Shown here: one piece after another, positions 7,851-8,000 of the stretch
Layout: the number at the start of each line of letters is the position of its first letter
Position numbering within the stretch: position 1 is the stretch's first letter
NCBI GenBank assembly: GCA_030704615.1
Contig: JAKLZA010000071.1
Span: 1-8,000, forward strand
DNA: 8,000 nt
From: Takakia lepidozioides
Lineage: Eukaryota > Plantae > Bryophyta
Direction of reading: 5' to 3'
Translations under genes and position numbers: made by a program
Notes under the pieces: generated by a model
What the model saw: only the letters and a program-made list of their open reading frames with translations
The model's database searches: none
What the model was told of the DNA's origin: nothing

Positions 7851-8000
7851 CTTAGCCTCAGCCAACTTCTTAATCTCTTCTCCAACCTTCTGTGCGTAGT
7901 TGGGATTCATTCTGTACCTCGCCTGCTTGATTGGTACTGACCCTGGTTCCAGTTCAATCTTATGCTGACAGACTTCAGGTGGTATCCCTTTTAGATCCTC

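Larger units (their letters stand above)
1..8000 (-). mobile_element. Ty3/Gypsy LTR retrotransposon, 3' portion (pol, accessory ORF region, PPT, part of 3' LTR); probably plant non-chromovirus/Athila-like
   Basis: Domain order RT-RNaseH-INT on the minus strand is the Ty3/Gypsy order. A GPY/F module follows the integrase. A PPT followed by TG is at 659-641. The element extends past both window ends. Confidence 0.96.
5356..8000 (-). pseudogene. pol: pol polyprotein (RT-RNase H-integrase), 5'-truncated by the window, with 2 frameshifts and 1 in-frame stop
   Basis: The frame is open from 8000 (EDLKGIPPEVCQHKIELEPGSVPIKQARYR-MNPNY...), so the ATG at 7910 is not the true start. There is a frameshift near 6240-6270 (CDECQRLGPLQR to GRMALYPTMPTEPFQKWGLDF), a TGA at 5697-5695 (PTM*TEWGKRMELQDSL) and a frameshift near 5655 (to KVRKHELYHVEEVR). 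Recognisable integrase homology ends at about KLKGY (about 5356), but the frame stays open to 4607. Confidence 0.9.

Overview
The whole window is the 3' part of a plant-type Ty3/Gypsy (Metaviridae-like) LTR retrotransposon on the minus strand. From position 8000 downwards it has pol in the order reverse transcriptase, RNase H, integrase (HHCC, D-D35-E, GPY/F). No chromodomain or extra RNase H is visible, so it looks like a non-chromovirus, Athila-like element (inference). Pol is followed by a hierarchical 10/30/60-bp tandem array (4941-5210) and about 3.5-4 kb of extra sense-strand coding sequence. After that come a hairpin, a polypurine tract (646-659) and the start of the 3' LTR (TG at 642, running off the window at position 1). 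The LTR carries a second array of the same GGCTGTG motif. The six or so separate downstream ORFs in the track join into one accessory ORF of about 1,185 codons (4232 to 681). It is broken by 3 same-direction frameshifts and 4 in-frame stops, and its final stop lies directly at the PPT hairpin. It may even have been fused to pol. The copy as given is disrupted, through decay and/or sequencing indels. No database searches were run, so family assignments are from motif recognition only.
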